This document shows, one piece after another, positions 38,817 through 48,742 of a stretch of DNA of 64,000 bases; the first letter of the stretch is position 1; every line of letters begins with the position of its first letter. A program made the position numbers and the translations under genes. Under the pieces are notes generated by a model. The model did no database searches, was not told the origin of the DNA, and was given only the letters and a program-made list of their open reading frames with translations. This DNA is from a virus. Where the stretch lies: positions 27,729 to 91,728 of the IMG/VR virus record IMGVR_UViG_3300028196_000006. One strand, written 5' to 3'.

Positions 38817-39538
38817 CGTTATGGGAAAGCATGTTAGTAGACATTCAATCTGAATTTCAAAATAAAGAAAAGTTCTTACAGCATAAAACTATTTCTAAAA
38901 CAATAAGTCCAAATCAAAAAGGTAATACATTAAATCATTTAAATTACGTAAGGAAAAACGAGTATTTTTTAAATAAAGTTTTGCCTAAAGTCCTTGATTC
39001 AAAAGTTGGTGACCCAAAACTATTCGAAGGATTCAGTCAAGGGACTGCTCAACATTGTCATTATCTTATGGTCTTGTTGGAACATCTTGGTTTAGAGATT
39101 AAAGACTTTGATCATATATCTGATATAGGTGGTGGGTATGGTAATTTCTATAGAATGGCAAAGTTGTTAGGATACAAAGGAAATTTTGATATTGCTGATT
39201 TCCCAATCATGCATGAAATACAAGAATACTATATAAAGCAACACAATCTTGATCTTCCAAACTTTATTGGATTAGGAGATTTAAATCCAGTTAGCAAAAG
39301 TATTCTTTTTGGATTTCATAGTGTGAACGAAATGCCTCTTTCTGATAGAAGCATACTTGAAGAAAAGTATTATCTTTATGACCATGTAATGATACTTTAC
39401 AACAATAAGTTTGATGGTATTGACAATATGGAATATTTTAAAGATTTAAAAGAACGCATAAGCAAAGATTTCACAGTAAACATAATTCAAGCACCACTGA
39501 AAACTAACGGTGCCTTTTTTATAGGATCAAAAAAATGA
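38813..39538 (+). CDS. putative sugar O-methyltransferase
   Basis: DIGGGYG, ADFP..HEIQ.YY, HSVNEMP. Confidence 0.7.
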   Translation: MTLWESMLVDIQSEFQNKEKFLQHKTISKTISPNQKGNTLNHLNYVRKNEYFLNKVLPKVLDSKVGDPKLFEGFSQGTAQHCHYLMVLLEHLGLEIKDFDHISDIGGGYGNFYRMAKLLGYKGNFDIADFPIMHEIQEYYIKQHNLDLPNFIGLGDLNPVSKSILFGFHSVNEMPLSDRSILEEKYYLYDHVMILYNNKFDGIDNMEYFKDLKERISKDFTVNIIQAPLKTNGAFFIGSKK

Positions 39539-40689
39539 ACCCAACTGATTTATTAACGCACAAACGATTTGATGTTGTAGTCAAATATCTGTATGCGGCA
39601 AATTTATCAAGTGAATTTTATAAAAATGCATACAAAGAACATCTCAAAATTTGGAATGGTTTTCATGAAAGAAATCCAAAAAAGAATGGGTTTGAAGAAT
39701 TTGATAATGCATTTAAATCGATTATAAACAACACCGTCGATGAACCAGTTCCTGTGAATCCTGACGGACATATTGCCAATGGTGCTCACAGATTAGCCGC
39801 CGCGTTATATCATCAAAGACCTATTAATACTAGAAATACAAATTCAAATGAAAATTATCCTATTGAGGCCGATTACAAAGTCTTTCATAAAAAAGGATTA
39901 CAAAATCATATCTTACAAAGAACTGCATTAGAATATGCAAAACTTAAATCCAATACTCATGTCATATGTTTATTTCCTATTGCTCATACACGCATGGAGG
40001 AAGTAATGAATATAATTGAGAAACACTCTAATATATTTTATAAATCATCTGAAGTATTAAATGCCACAGGACAACTTGGTTTAGTAAAAGAAATATACCT
40101 TTCTGATGGTTGGGCTAACGAAAAAGGAATAAGAAAAAAATGTAAGCAGTGTTTTAGAGGAATGAGTAAAGTAACCTTTGTGTTGATAGATGCAAAAAAT
40201 CTTGAAACTGTTAAAGAAATGAAAAAAGAGATTAGAGCATTATTCAAAGTTGGTAACCATTCTGTTCACATTAATGATTATCATATAGACACGATTCGTA
40301 TAGCAAAAACAGTATTCAATGACAATAGCATACATTTCCTTAATAATAGAAAAGACGTTTTGTTTCCTAATTACAAAAAACTAATGTCTGATACAAAATC
40401 AGACGACAATACAATTATGACTGGTTCAACTGTATTATCGCTATACGGTTTAAGAGATTGTAAAGATATAGATCTAATTTATTTTAATAATCCACCCGTT
40501 GACTCTCATAATCAATATGTAGGAACACTCTATAAATTAACTATAGACGAGATTTTTAATAATCCAATGTATCATCTATATTACAATGGATTTAAATATG
40601 TGTCTCTAGATGTTATAAAAAATATGAAAAAAATACGGAATGAACCAAAAGATGTTATAGACGTGAAATTAGCAGAGGAAATAAAATGA
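39535..40689 (+). CDS. multidomain protein: ParB/Srx-like + NDK-like + nucleotidyltransferase-like
   Basis: NGAHRLAAA; KKEIRALF..GNHSVHIND; TGS.VLSLYGLRDCKDIDL. Confidence 0.5.
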   Translation: MNPTDLLTHKRFDVVVKYLYAANLSSEFYKNAYKEHLKIWNGFHERNPKKNGFEEFDNAFKSIINNTVDEPVPVNPDGHIANGAHRLAAALYHQRPINTRNTNSNENYPIEADYKVFHKKGLQNHILQRTALEYAKLKSNTHVICLFPIAHTRMEEVMNIIEKHSNIFYKSSEVLNATGQLGLVKEIYLSDGWANEKGIRKKCKQCFRGMSKVTFVLIDAKNLETVKEMKKEIRALFKVGNHSVHINDYHIDTIRIAKTVFNDNSIHFLNNRKDVLFPNYKKLMSDTKSDDNTIMTGSTVLSLYGLRDCKDIDLIYFNNPPVDSHNQYVGTLYKLTIDEIFNNPMYHLYYNGFKYVSLDVIKNMKKIRNEPKDVIDVKLAEEIK

Positions 40690-41501
40690 AAAATTTGATT
40701 TATCAAGTATGGGCTGGTGAAATGAGACCTGGTTGTAGGTACAGTGAAAAACTTTTTAGAGAATATGCAGAAAAAATTGGGGCAGATTACAGATTAGATA
40801 TAAGTCCTAATATTGCCAGTAAGCATGTTCGTAAAGACGGTATGTATTTTGAATGGTTAAATCCTATGTTAGACGATTCATTCCTTGAATACGATAAAGT
40901 CTGTGTAATTGATCTAGACGTGTTTCCAGTTGAGAACTTGACTACAAATATTTTTGACGAGCCAATCAAAGACTTTGGCATCTGTACTGAACCTTTTCAA
41001 GGTAAGTATCGAGAATCTACAACTATAGGTAAAAACATAAACAAGAAAAGTGATGAACGGTGGGCTCAAGCGATCAAATCAAAATACGGTGCAACTATGC
41101 CTCGAGATGCTGACGGTTATCTCAAAGTTTATAATGCTGGTATGGTGATGTTTACAAAGAAAGGTATGCAACTTGCTCGAGAAAAGTTTGTACCTTTTAA
41201 AGAATATATGGATTATATTAGAGCCTGTGGCTTGGGTAGGTTCTACAGTGTGGATCAGAATTATTTTCATGCCATGATGGTAACGCATAGTGAATATACT
41301 GAAATGGATAATGGCTGGAATAATTATGTTCACGGTGTCCGTGGTCCTTTAGCATTACAAGATCCAGTGAATGATAGTAGGAACGCATTAACTAAATTTG
41401 TTCATATTCAATTAAGTAGTGCAGATTATTTTAGTGATGAACAATTATATCATATCACTAATTCAGCAAGATCAGAATGGAAAGTGGAAGGTATATTATG
41501 A
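40686..41501 (+). CDS. GT-A glycosyltransferase (paralog of 36530)
   Basis: KNLIYQV, YAEKIGADY, IDLDV, YNAGMV, DQNY, WN, FVH. Confidence 0.68.
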   Translation: MKNLIYQVWAGEMRPGCRYSEKLFREYAEKIGADYRLDISPNIASKHVRKDGMYFEWLNPMLDDSFLEYDKVCVIDLDVFPVENLTTNIFDEPIKDFGICTEPFQGKYRESTTIGKNINKKSDERWAQAIKSKYGATMPRDADGYLKVYNAGMVMFTKKGMQLAREKFVPFKEYMDYIRACGLGRFYSVDQNYFHAMMVTHSEYTEMDNGWNNYVHGVRGPLALQDPVNDSRNALTKFVHIQLSSADYFSDEQLYHITNSARSEWKVEGIL

Positions 41502-42058
41502 TAGTAGCAAATCTTAAAGAAGCAAAAAACATTAATGAGTATCAAACCTCGTTAAAACAACAGTTGCAGAAAGCACATGGAGAACAATACACAGATTATC
41601 TAGACGAAATTTCTAGATTAACAAAAAACTCTCAATCTTATAGAGAAATAGGAACGTTTCAAGGTGCTTCTACATCTACAGCAATGATGAATATGATCCC
41701 ATACATCGAAACTATTGATCTCGACTTTGTTCATATTAATCCTCACAAACATATTTTTGAAACACACGCACAACAAAATCAAATAGAATTTAAAATGATT
41801 CAGACTGATTCGTTGAAATATAACATAGATAAAAAAACGGAAGTACTTTTAATAGACGGATATCATAACCCTAAACACGTGGCAAAAGAATTGGACAAAT
41901 ATGCTCCGTGGACAATACAAACTATTGTTCTACACGATACAACACTATTTCCAAGATTATGGAAATCTGTACAAAATTTTTTATCGTCTCATCAAGATTG
42001 GAAACTTGTTTATAGACACACTGTAAACGCAGGCTACACTGTATTAGGAAAGAAATAA
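41498..42058 (+). CDS. SAM-dependent methyltransferase (Methyltransf_24-like)
   Basis: EIGTFQGAST, LLIDGYH, IVLHDT. Confidence 0.72.
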   Translation: MIVANLKEAKNINEYQTSLKQQLQKAHGEQYTDYLDEISRLTKNSQSYREIGTFQGASTSTAMMNMIPYIETIDLDFVHINPHKHIFETHAQQNQIEFKMIQTDSLKYNIDKKTEVLLIDGYHNPKHVAKELDKYAPWTIQTIVLHDTTLFPRLWKSVQNFLSSHQDWKLVYRHTVNAGYTVLGKK

Positions 42059-42059
42059 A

Positions 42060-42662
42060 ATGAGTTTAAAAGAAATTTTTATAAAAAACAAATGTGATAA
42101 GGCTACTAAACATAGATATTATGAACTATATGAAAAAGATTTTAGTGAATTCAAAAATCAGGATATTAAAATATTAGAAATTGGAACGTTCAAAGGTGAA
42201 AGTACTCAATCCTGGATTGACTATTTTGATAAAGCACAAATTTACACAGCAGACACATTTGAAAGAGTAGTCCCAGAAAAAATTCCTGCATTAAAAAACA
42301 ACCGTGTACAATGGTTCAAAGTTGATAGTACTTCACTAAATTGTAAAGAAAATTTTAAAAATCTAAATATTCAATTCGATTTTATCATTGATGATGGACT
42401 ACATACACCTGAAGGTCAAAGATTAACCTTTGAAAATTTAATTGATTTTTTAAAACCTACAGGATCATATTATATAGAAGATGTTTGGATGTTAAACAAA
42501 GGAAATAATATGTCGCATTGGTGGGTTAAAAAACATTCAAAAGAGTTTACTATGGAAAAATTTAATAAATTAATCGATTCAATTAGTAAATTTAAAGTAA
42601 CAGAACACGATTTCAGTAGTTCTAAAATTCCTGACAGTTACATATTAAAGATTAAAAAATGA
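42060..42662 (+). CDS. SAM-dependent sugar O-methyltransferase-like protein
   Basis: DKATKHRY...LEIG...FDFIIDDGLH...GSYYIED. Confidence 0.78.
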   Translation: MSLKEIFIKNKCDKATKHRYYELYEKDFSEFKNQDIKILEIGTFKGESTQSWIDYFDKAQIYTADTFERVVPEKIPALKNNRVQWFKVDSTSLNCKENFKNLNIQFDFIIDDGLHTPEGQRLTFENLIDFLKPTGSYYIEDVWMLNKGNNMSHWWVKKHSKEFTMEKFNKLIDSISKFKVTEHDFSSSKIPDSYILKIKK

Positions 42663-43324
42663 AAGCATTTATTATAACTCTGATGAAAGATGTTTGGAGT
42701 TTGTCATATGCTGAACGTTGCTTACAAAGTATCCAAGACACAGAAAGTGATATCGAAGCCACACTGTTCGATGCCACAACTCCTGAAACAATTTTTCCTG
42801 TTGCATGGACTTGGCCCACAGGCAAGAAGATCACTTGTTCAAAAACAAATTTATTGTTAACACCCTACAAAACATATGACAATAATAAACGTATAGCCGC
42901 GGCACAAAGTCATTACAAACTCTGGAAACATTGTGTTGGTATTAATGAACCTATTATGATATTAGAACATGATGCAATATTCACACACAAATTTGAAGCA
43001 CCTAGTACAACTTTAAATGTAGGAGCATACAGCATAAATGATCCTAAGGGTGCAACATTCAAATCAAAAGACTATTCCAATAAGGTAAAAGAAGGATTTA
43101 ACACAGTGCCTTGGGTAGCACCAGAAAATATTCCTCAAGGACTGCCAGGACACTCGGCTTATGTGATCACACCCTGGGCGGCTCGAGACATAATTGAAAA
43201 ACAAGACAGCATAGGGTGGTGGCCCAACGATGCCATAATGTGTAAACAATTATGTGAATGGTTGTATGTGTACAAACCTTTTTTTACCAAAACACAAGGC
43301 ACCAAATCTACTACTTCACTGTAA
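42659..43324 (+). CDS. glycosyltransferase family 25-like
   Basis: AFIITL, SHYKLW, ILEHDA, SAYVITPWAA, PND. Confidence 0.75.
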   Translation: MKAFIITLMKDVWSLSYAERCLQSIQDTESDIEATLFDATTPETIFPVAWTWPTGKKITCSKTNLLLTPYKTYDNNKRIAAAQSHYKLWKHCVGINEPIMILEHDAIFTHKFEAPSTTLNVGAYSINDPKGATFKSKDYSNKVKEGFNTVPWVAPENIPQGLPGHSAYVITPWAARDIIEKQDSIGWWPNDAIMCKQLCEWLYVYKPFFTKTQGTKSTTSL

Positions 43325-43346
43325 ATTTGCCAATAAATATTTCAAT

Positions 43347-44030
43347 ATGAAAGTTTATGTAGGGTATGACACTAGAGAAGATATTGCATATCAAGTATGT
43401 GAGCATTCAATTAACTCACATTCACCAGACACAGAAATTGTGCCATTGAATCAACAAACACTACGACAAGACAAGTGGTACTGGAGAGAACTGGACCATT
43501 TGGCTTCAACAGAGTTTACATTCACAAGATTTTTAATACCAGCATTAGAAAATTATAAAGGTTGGGCATTGTTTTGCGATTCGGATATAATCTTTTTAAA
43601 AGATATCAAAGAACTTTTTAGCCAAGCAGATGAAAAATATGCTGTGATGTGTGTAAAACACGACTACACTCCTAAACCAGGAATTAAGATGGATGGGCAA
43701 AAACAAACTGTGTATCCAAGAAAAAATTGGAGTTCTGTTGTGCTGTACAACTGTGGACACAAATCAAACGAAAAATTAACAGTGGATTTAGTAAACAATC
43801 CTAATTATGATGGAGCATATTTTCATAGATTTTCATGGTTGAAAGACGAAGAAATAGGCTCGCTGGATCACAGTTGGAATTGGCTTGTGGGTTGGTACAA
43901 AACTCCACAAGATGGTGAGCCCAATGCCTTGCACTACACGGAAGGCGGACCTTGGTTCAAAAATTATCGTAATTGCGAATACGGTGATGTTTGGAAAAAA
44001 TACCTTAACACAATGATGAACAGTGAATGA
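43347..44030 (+). CDS. GT-A glycosyltransferase (GT8-like)
   Basis: VYVGYDTRE, STEFTFTRFL, FCDSD, YPRKNWSS, WNWLVG, HYTEGGPWF; ATAAATA at 43333-43339. Confidence 0.8.
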   Translation: MKVYVGYDTREDIAYQVCEHSINSHSPDTEIVPLNQQTLRQDKWYWRELDHLASTEFTFTRFLIPALENYKGWALFCDSDIIFLKDIKELFSQADEKYAVMCVKHDYTPKPGIKMDGQKQTVYPRKNWSSVVLYNCGHKSNEKLTVDLVNNPNYDGAYFHRFSWLKDEEIGSLDHSWNWLVGWYKTPQDGEPNALHYTEGGPWFKNYRNCEYGDVWKKYLNTMMNSE

Positions 44031-44829
44031 TATGCACTATTACTTTGATGGTCAGGATGAAATACTACAACATTGGAACAGCGGTTTAGGCGCTCATTAT
44101 CTTCCATGGGAAAATATTAAAAGTACACCAATAGAAAACACAGTTAGTTTTAGAAGTCTTGCCAAAAGAAAAATAATCAGAGAGTGTATAAAGACAGGTA
44201 GACCATTTTATTATATCGACACAGGATATGTGGGTAATCTTATAAAAAAGAAACTGTATCATAGAATTGTAAAAAATGATGTACAACACAGTTTGGTGTT
44301 TGATGTGCCTGACGATCGTTGGAGGAAGATACAATCAAGAAGTCCTGAATTAGAATTTGTTGAATGGCGTAAAAATCACAAAGGTAAAATTTTGTTAGTT
44401 GTGCCAAGCGAAAAGCCTTGTAAATATTACAACATCAGCAGAGACCAGTGGGTTGCTGAGACCATAAACACATTAAAAAAATATACTGATAGAGAAATTA
44501 TTATAAGAGATAAAGGCAAAAGGTATCAGAGAGTTGGTGAAGGCAGTGTGCCAAAATTCTTAATCAAAGAAAAAATTTATGCCACAGTAACTTATCAATC
44601 CATAGCGGCTATTGAAAGTGTGTGTGCAGGTGTGCCAGCATTCACTATGGAAAAAACTGCGGCAGACAGTGTAGTATCACAGGATCTAAGTAAGATAGAA
44701 TCACCATTTTATCCAAACAGAGACCAAGTACACAAATGGCAACATTGGTTAGCATACTGTCAATATCATATCAGTGAACTTGGTAGTGGTCAAGCAGTGC
44801 GGATAATGAAGGAACACGGACTATTATGA
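44023..44829 (+). CDS. capsule-polysaccharide-synthesis (KpsS/KpsC-like) GT-B protein
   Basis: YYIDTGY, ILLVVPS, TDREIIIRDK, VTYQSIAAIESV.AGVP, WLAYCQY. Confidence 0.55.
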   Translation: MNDMHYYFDGQDEILQHWNSGLGAHYLPWENIKSTPIENTVSFRSLAKRKIIRECIKTGRPFYYIDTGYVGNLIKKKLYHRIVKNDVQHSLVFDVPDDRWRKIQSRSPELEFVEWRKNHKGKILLVVPSEKPCKYYNISRDQWVAETINTLKKYTDREIIIRDKGKRYQRVGEGSVPKFLIKEKIYATVTYQSIAAIESVCAGVPAFTMEKTAADSVVSQDLSKIESPFYPNRDQVHKWQHWLAYCQYHISELGSGQAVRIMKEHGLL

Positions 44830-45773
44830 TAAGTGTTGTAGGTTATATGAAAGTTATTCCGCCTGGAAATAAAAAACCACAAAAGCCTTTGATAATAAAA
44901 AACTTTATTGAAGGTGTGAATAGATGCGGAGATAAAGGGATAATAAGTAATTCTTGGACAGTGATTCCAGCAGATGTTTCTGTGTTGCAAGGATTTGTGC
45001 ATCAGCAACCTCAAAAACACAGACATCTTATGTTGAGAAAAACTGTGTTTGAACAACAGCAAAAAAGAAACAAACGCACCATGATTGTGGATTCAAGTTT
45101 ATTTTTGTATGCTGATCCTACTCAATCAAAAAATTATTTACGTTATGGTTATGATGGAATTTTTCCTAACACAGCAGAATATTGTTATGATAATCCAGAC
45201 CCATTGCGTTGGGAAGTAATTAAAAAAGATTTAGGTATAGATTTAAAACCTTGGAGATTGGGCGGAGGCAAATACATTTTAATCTGTTGTCAAAGAGATG
45301 GCGGATGGAGCATGGGAGGATTAAAAGTAAATGTTTGGTTGCAACACGCAATTCAACAAATAAGAAGTTTTACAAAAAAAGAAATTAGAATAAGATTTCA
45401 TCCAGGAGATAAATCATCTAAACAATGGGTTTCTCTTGTAAGACAATGGATAAACAGTGGACAATCAACTTATCAAAACATTGTAATCAGCGGTGCTAAG
45501 AATTTAATAGACGAATTTGCTCATGCTCATGCAGTTGTTGGTCATAATTCAAGTCCAACTGTGGCATCAGTGATAGAAGGTATACCCACATTGGTAACAG
45601 ATCCAGATGGTGCTCAAATCAAAGGTGTTAATTTAGAAAAATGGCAAGATATAGAATCTCCTAAAGAGTTTGATAGAGAACTATGGATCAGACGCATAGC
45701 ACAGATCCATTGGACCTTAGATGAAGTAAAACAAGGTTTAGCATGGAAACATTTAAGGAATTACGTAAAATGA
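44826..45773 (+). CDS. KpsS/KpsC-like GT-B protein
   Basis: LKPWR, ILICCQR, IRFHPGD, VGHNSSPTVASVIEGIP, HWTLDE. Confidence 0.55.
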   Translation: MISVVGYMKVIPPGNKKPQKPLIIKNFIEGVNRCGDKGIISNSWTVIPADVSVLQGFVHQQPQKHRHLMLRKTVFEQQQKRNKRTMIVDSSLFLYADPTQSKNYLRYGYDGIFPNTAEYCYDNPDPLRWEVIKKDLGIDLKPWRLGGGKYILICCQRDGGWSMGGLKVNVWLQHAIQQIRSFTKKEIRIRFHPGDKSSKQWVSLVRQWINSGQSTYQNIVISGAKNLIDEFAHAHAVVGHNSSPTVASVIEGIPTLVTDPDGAQIKGVNLEKWQDIESPKEFDRELWIRRIAQIHWTLDEVKQGLAWKHLRNYVK

Positions 45774-46606
45774 TTACTGCATTAACAACATTTCATAAAG
45801 CAGGATTAGACTTGTACGGACAAAGATTCATAGACAGTTTTGCAAAAAATGTTGATAAGAAAATCAAATTGTTAGTGTATGCAGAAAATTGTACACCTGT
45901 AAATCCAGACATAAATCAAATAACAATTATAGATTCAAAAGAATTAGTTAAGTTAAATCAATTTAAATCACGTTGGGGCAATGTGCCTAAAGCAAATGGT
46001 GAATGTCCGTTTCCAGAAAAACGTCCAAGAGATCATCATAAAAAATTTAAGTGGGACGCAGTACGTTTTGCTAACAAAGTGTATGCAGTGTTTGACGCTG
46101 TTGAAAGAAATAACGACAAGTGGACTGTGTGGATTGATGGAGACACATATGTGCATTCCCCTATCAATTACGAACAATTTCAACAACTACTTCCAAGCGA
46201 TAAGTGGATAACATTTGTTGGAAGAGGTAAAGGATCACAAACTTGGCCCGAGTGTGGATTTTATGGTTTGAATACTGAACACGATACTTGTAAAAAATTT
46301 TTAAATGAATTTGAACGTATGTACCAAGATGCAGACAACGGAATATTCAAACTAGATGAATGGCATGATAGTTATGTGTTTGGTAAGATACTAAATCAGT
46401 TAATGCCTATAGATAAAAACTTTCATGATTATTCCCAAGACATATATAATAAAACTGCCAAAACAGGTGGCGGTGGACACCCTTTAATTAATTCTGTATT
46501 AGGAAACTATTTTGATCACATGAAGGGCGATAGAAAAAACAAAGGCAAAAGTCAAAAGAAAGATCTGTTGTCTAATCGTGCAGAATCATATTGGAATGAA
46601 GTTTAG
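45770..46606 (+). CDS. GT-A glycosyltransferase-like protein
   Basis: WDAVRFANKVYA, WIDGD (DxD), ECGF, EWHDSYVF, DHMKG. Confidence 0.65.
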   Translation: MITALTTFHKAGLDLYGQRFIDSFAKNVDKKIKLLVYAENCTPVNPDINQITIIDSKELVKLNQFKSRWGNVPKANGECPFPEKRPRDHHKKFKWDAVRFANKVYAVFDAVERNNDKWTVWIDGDTYVHSPINYEQFQQLLPSDKWITFVGRGKGSQTWPECGFYGLNTEHDTCKKFLNEFERMYQDADNGIFKLDEWHDSYVFGKILNQLMPIDKNFHDYSQDIYNKTAKTGGGGHPLINSVLGNYFDHMKGDRKNKGKSQKKDLLSNRAESYWNEV

Positions 46607-47432
46607 TTTATTCACAGACAACGGTCCATTAAACAGTCCATTAGTTTGGGAGGCTGTGAAGTCTGGGTTACAACGATTAGGGCACTCTGTAGACGAAAAT
46701 AATTTAGACACAGATGTTCCTGTGATTTGGTCATTGCTATGGCATGGTAGAATGATGAAAAATAAACCTATTTGGGATAAATTCAGATCTCAAAACAAAA
46801 ATGTTCTAGTGATAGAAGTGGGTGGAATAAAAAGAAACACAACTTGGAAAGTTGGAATAAACGGAATCAATAGATCAGCAGACTTTGGGCCAACCAACAA
46901 CGATAGTCAAAGAGCACAACAATTAGGTATCGAATTAAAACCATGGAGTACAGACGGAGAACACATACTGATTTGTTTACAACACATCAAAAGTGAACAG
47001 TGGAAAGATATGCCTGCATTGGATCAATATGTAATCGATACCGTAAAAAATATAAGACAACACACAGATAGAAAAATTATAGTCAGACCTCACCCTAGAT
47101 GTCCTTTAAAAAATTTGCCTGTGCTTGATAATGTTGGTTACGAGATTCCCAAACAGATTGCTAACACATATGACGATTTCAATTTAAATTTTACCAATGT
47201 TTGGGCAGTTGTAAGTCATAGCAGTAATCCCGGTGTTCATGCTGTACTCAATGGAATACCTGCTTTTGTAAGCGAACAAAGTCTAGCATACGATGTTGCA
47301 AACACAGATTTTAGCACCATTAACAGCCCAAAGACCCCCAATAGACAGCAATGGCTCAATGATTACACACATACTGAATGGACCATTGAGGAAATTGCAC
47401 AAGGCATTCCATTTTCTAGATTGACTTTTTAA
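46596..47432 (+). CDS. KpsS/KpsC-like GT-B protein
   Basis: LKPW, ILICLQ, IVRPHPR, VSHSSNPGVHAVLNGIP, EWTIEEI..G. Confidence 0.58.
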   Translation: MKFSLFTDNGPLNSPLVWEAVKSGLQRLGHSVDENNLDTDVPVIWSLLWHGRMMKNKPIWDKFRSQNKNVLVIEVGGIKRNTTWKVGINGINRSADFGPTNNDSQRAQQLGIELKPWSTDGEHILICLQHIKSEQWKDMPALDQYVIDTVKNIRQHTDRKIIVRPHPRCPLKNLPVLDNVGYEIPKQIANTYDDFNLNFTNVWAVVSHSSNPGVHAVLNGIPAFVSEQSLAYDVANTDFSTINSPKTPNRQQWLNDYTHTEWTIEEIAQGIPFSRLTF

Positions 47433-47449
47433 CCAAAATCCTTTATACT
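47421..47449 (+). promoter_or_regulatory. sigma70-type promoter TTGACT-N17-TATACT
   Basis: The -10 box ends 6 nt before ATG 47456. Confidence 0.7.
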
Positions 47450-47455
47450 ATTGGT

Positions 47456-48742
47456 ATGCGTTCAATTACCATAGAAGAGTGTTTAGAAGCAATGGCGGGA
47501 CTTACTGTCAATGCTACTGTGACTCCTGCTTTTATTGTGTTGGACAGAGATAAAAAGATCATTTTCGACATAGCAAAAAAGGTTTTCAAAGGATCAGCAT
47601 TAACTGATAGACAACTGGAAGCAGTAAAAAAAATATTAATCACACGATACAAATCCCAATTTAAGATACGTGGTATAGATTTAGAAAACAGTGTGAACAA
47701 TCTTAGACAACCATTAAGACACTTAGATAGAACCGAGTATATACGATTAGAAGAAGGCTCTAAATATTTAGAACCGTTTTGGTCAGGATTTACACCACAA
47801 AAAGTGATTGTAACTAGATTTCCATTCAATATGACATATTCAAAAACTATCACAGAAGTTAAGAAATTACTAGGTCCCGCAATTAGTAGATACTATTCAC
47901 AAAAATTAAAAGACAAATACATATTGCCTTACACAGAAAAAGTTACACACAGACTTTTAACCAAATTTAAAAACAAAATAAAAGATATAGATCCGGTATT
48001 GCTTGATGTTTATGATCAATGCGAAAAAATTTATAAAAAATCCGATCAGTATGTGCCAGGAATTTATAATTATCAAATTAAAAACAGTTCCGAAACTGTA
48101 ACAAAATATCATCAAGAATATTTTGGTGATCCTGTTAAAGAAAATTTGTATCTGTATTATGATAGAAAAGAAAAATTAGGATTAAAACACTTTGACCAAA
48201 AAGAATTAGCACAGTCGACACACAGTTTATCTGCATTAAGTAAAGCAATATTGGAACGACAGTGGCCTCGAATAAATTTAGATTTAAAAAAATGGCCCAT
48301 GGAACAAGTAATCGAAACCATTACAGAATTGAGAAGATTTCCGTTACTGGTAATTATTAGCGGTTCCACTGAAAAAGAATGTCTAGCAGATTTGCATAGC
48401 ACACACAAACTGTTTAAAAACATTATACCAAATAATGAAATTGCTGTAATGGCAAGATGCAAAAACTCAACAACTTTTGGTAAAGAATTTAATGACTACA
48501 TCAAAGATAATCGATTAAATAATTCACTTGCAAAATCAACAAAAATAGTGTATATTACTAGTAAGAAGATTCCAAAGCCATTACTGACATCTGAATGGGA
48601 ATCAGAAGCAGTACTAATTTGTGATAACACTAGAAATTATTCTAAGGTAGACAAATACGTTGGCACAATTGATTTACAATTACAAATCAATGGTCAAGAT
48701 AGTTTTTGGAGTCAAGTTCATTTTGGAGCAGACACTGTATGA
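47456..48742 (+). CDS. hypothetical protein
   Basis: 428-aa ORF with its own promoter; ATGA overlap with uvsW. Confidence 0.65.
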   Translation: MRSITIEECLEAMAGLTVNATVTPAFIVLDRDKKIIFDIAKKVFKGSALTDRQLEAVKKILITRYKSQFKIRGIDLENSVNNLRQPLRHLDRTEYIRLEEGSKYLEPFWSGFTPQKVIVTRFPFNMTYSKTITEVKKLLGPAISRYYSQKLKDKYILPYTEKVTHRLLTKFKNKIKDIDPVLLDVYDQCEKIYKKSDQYVPGIYNYQIKNSSETVTKYHQEYFGDPVKENLYLYYDRKEKLGLKHFDQKELAQSTHSLSALSKAILERQWPRINLDLKKWPMEQVIETITELRRFPLLVIISGSTEKECLADLHSTHKLFKNIIPNNEIAVMARCKNSTTFGKEFNDYIKDNRLNNSLAKSTKIVYITSKKIPKPLLTSEWESEAVLICDNTRNYSKVDKYVGTIDLQLQINGQDSFWSQVHFGADTV

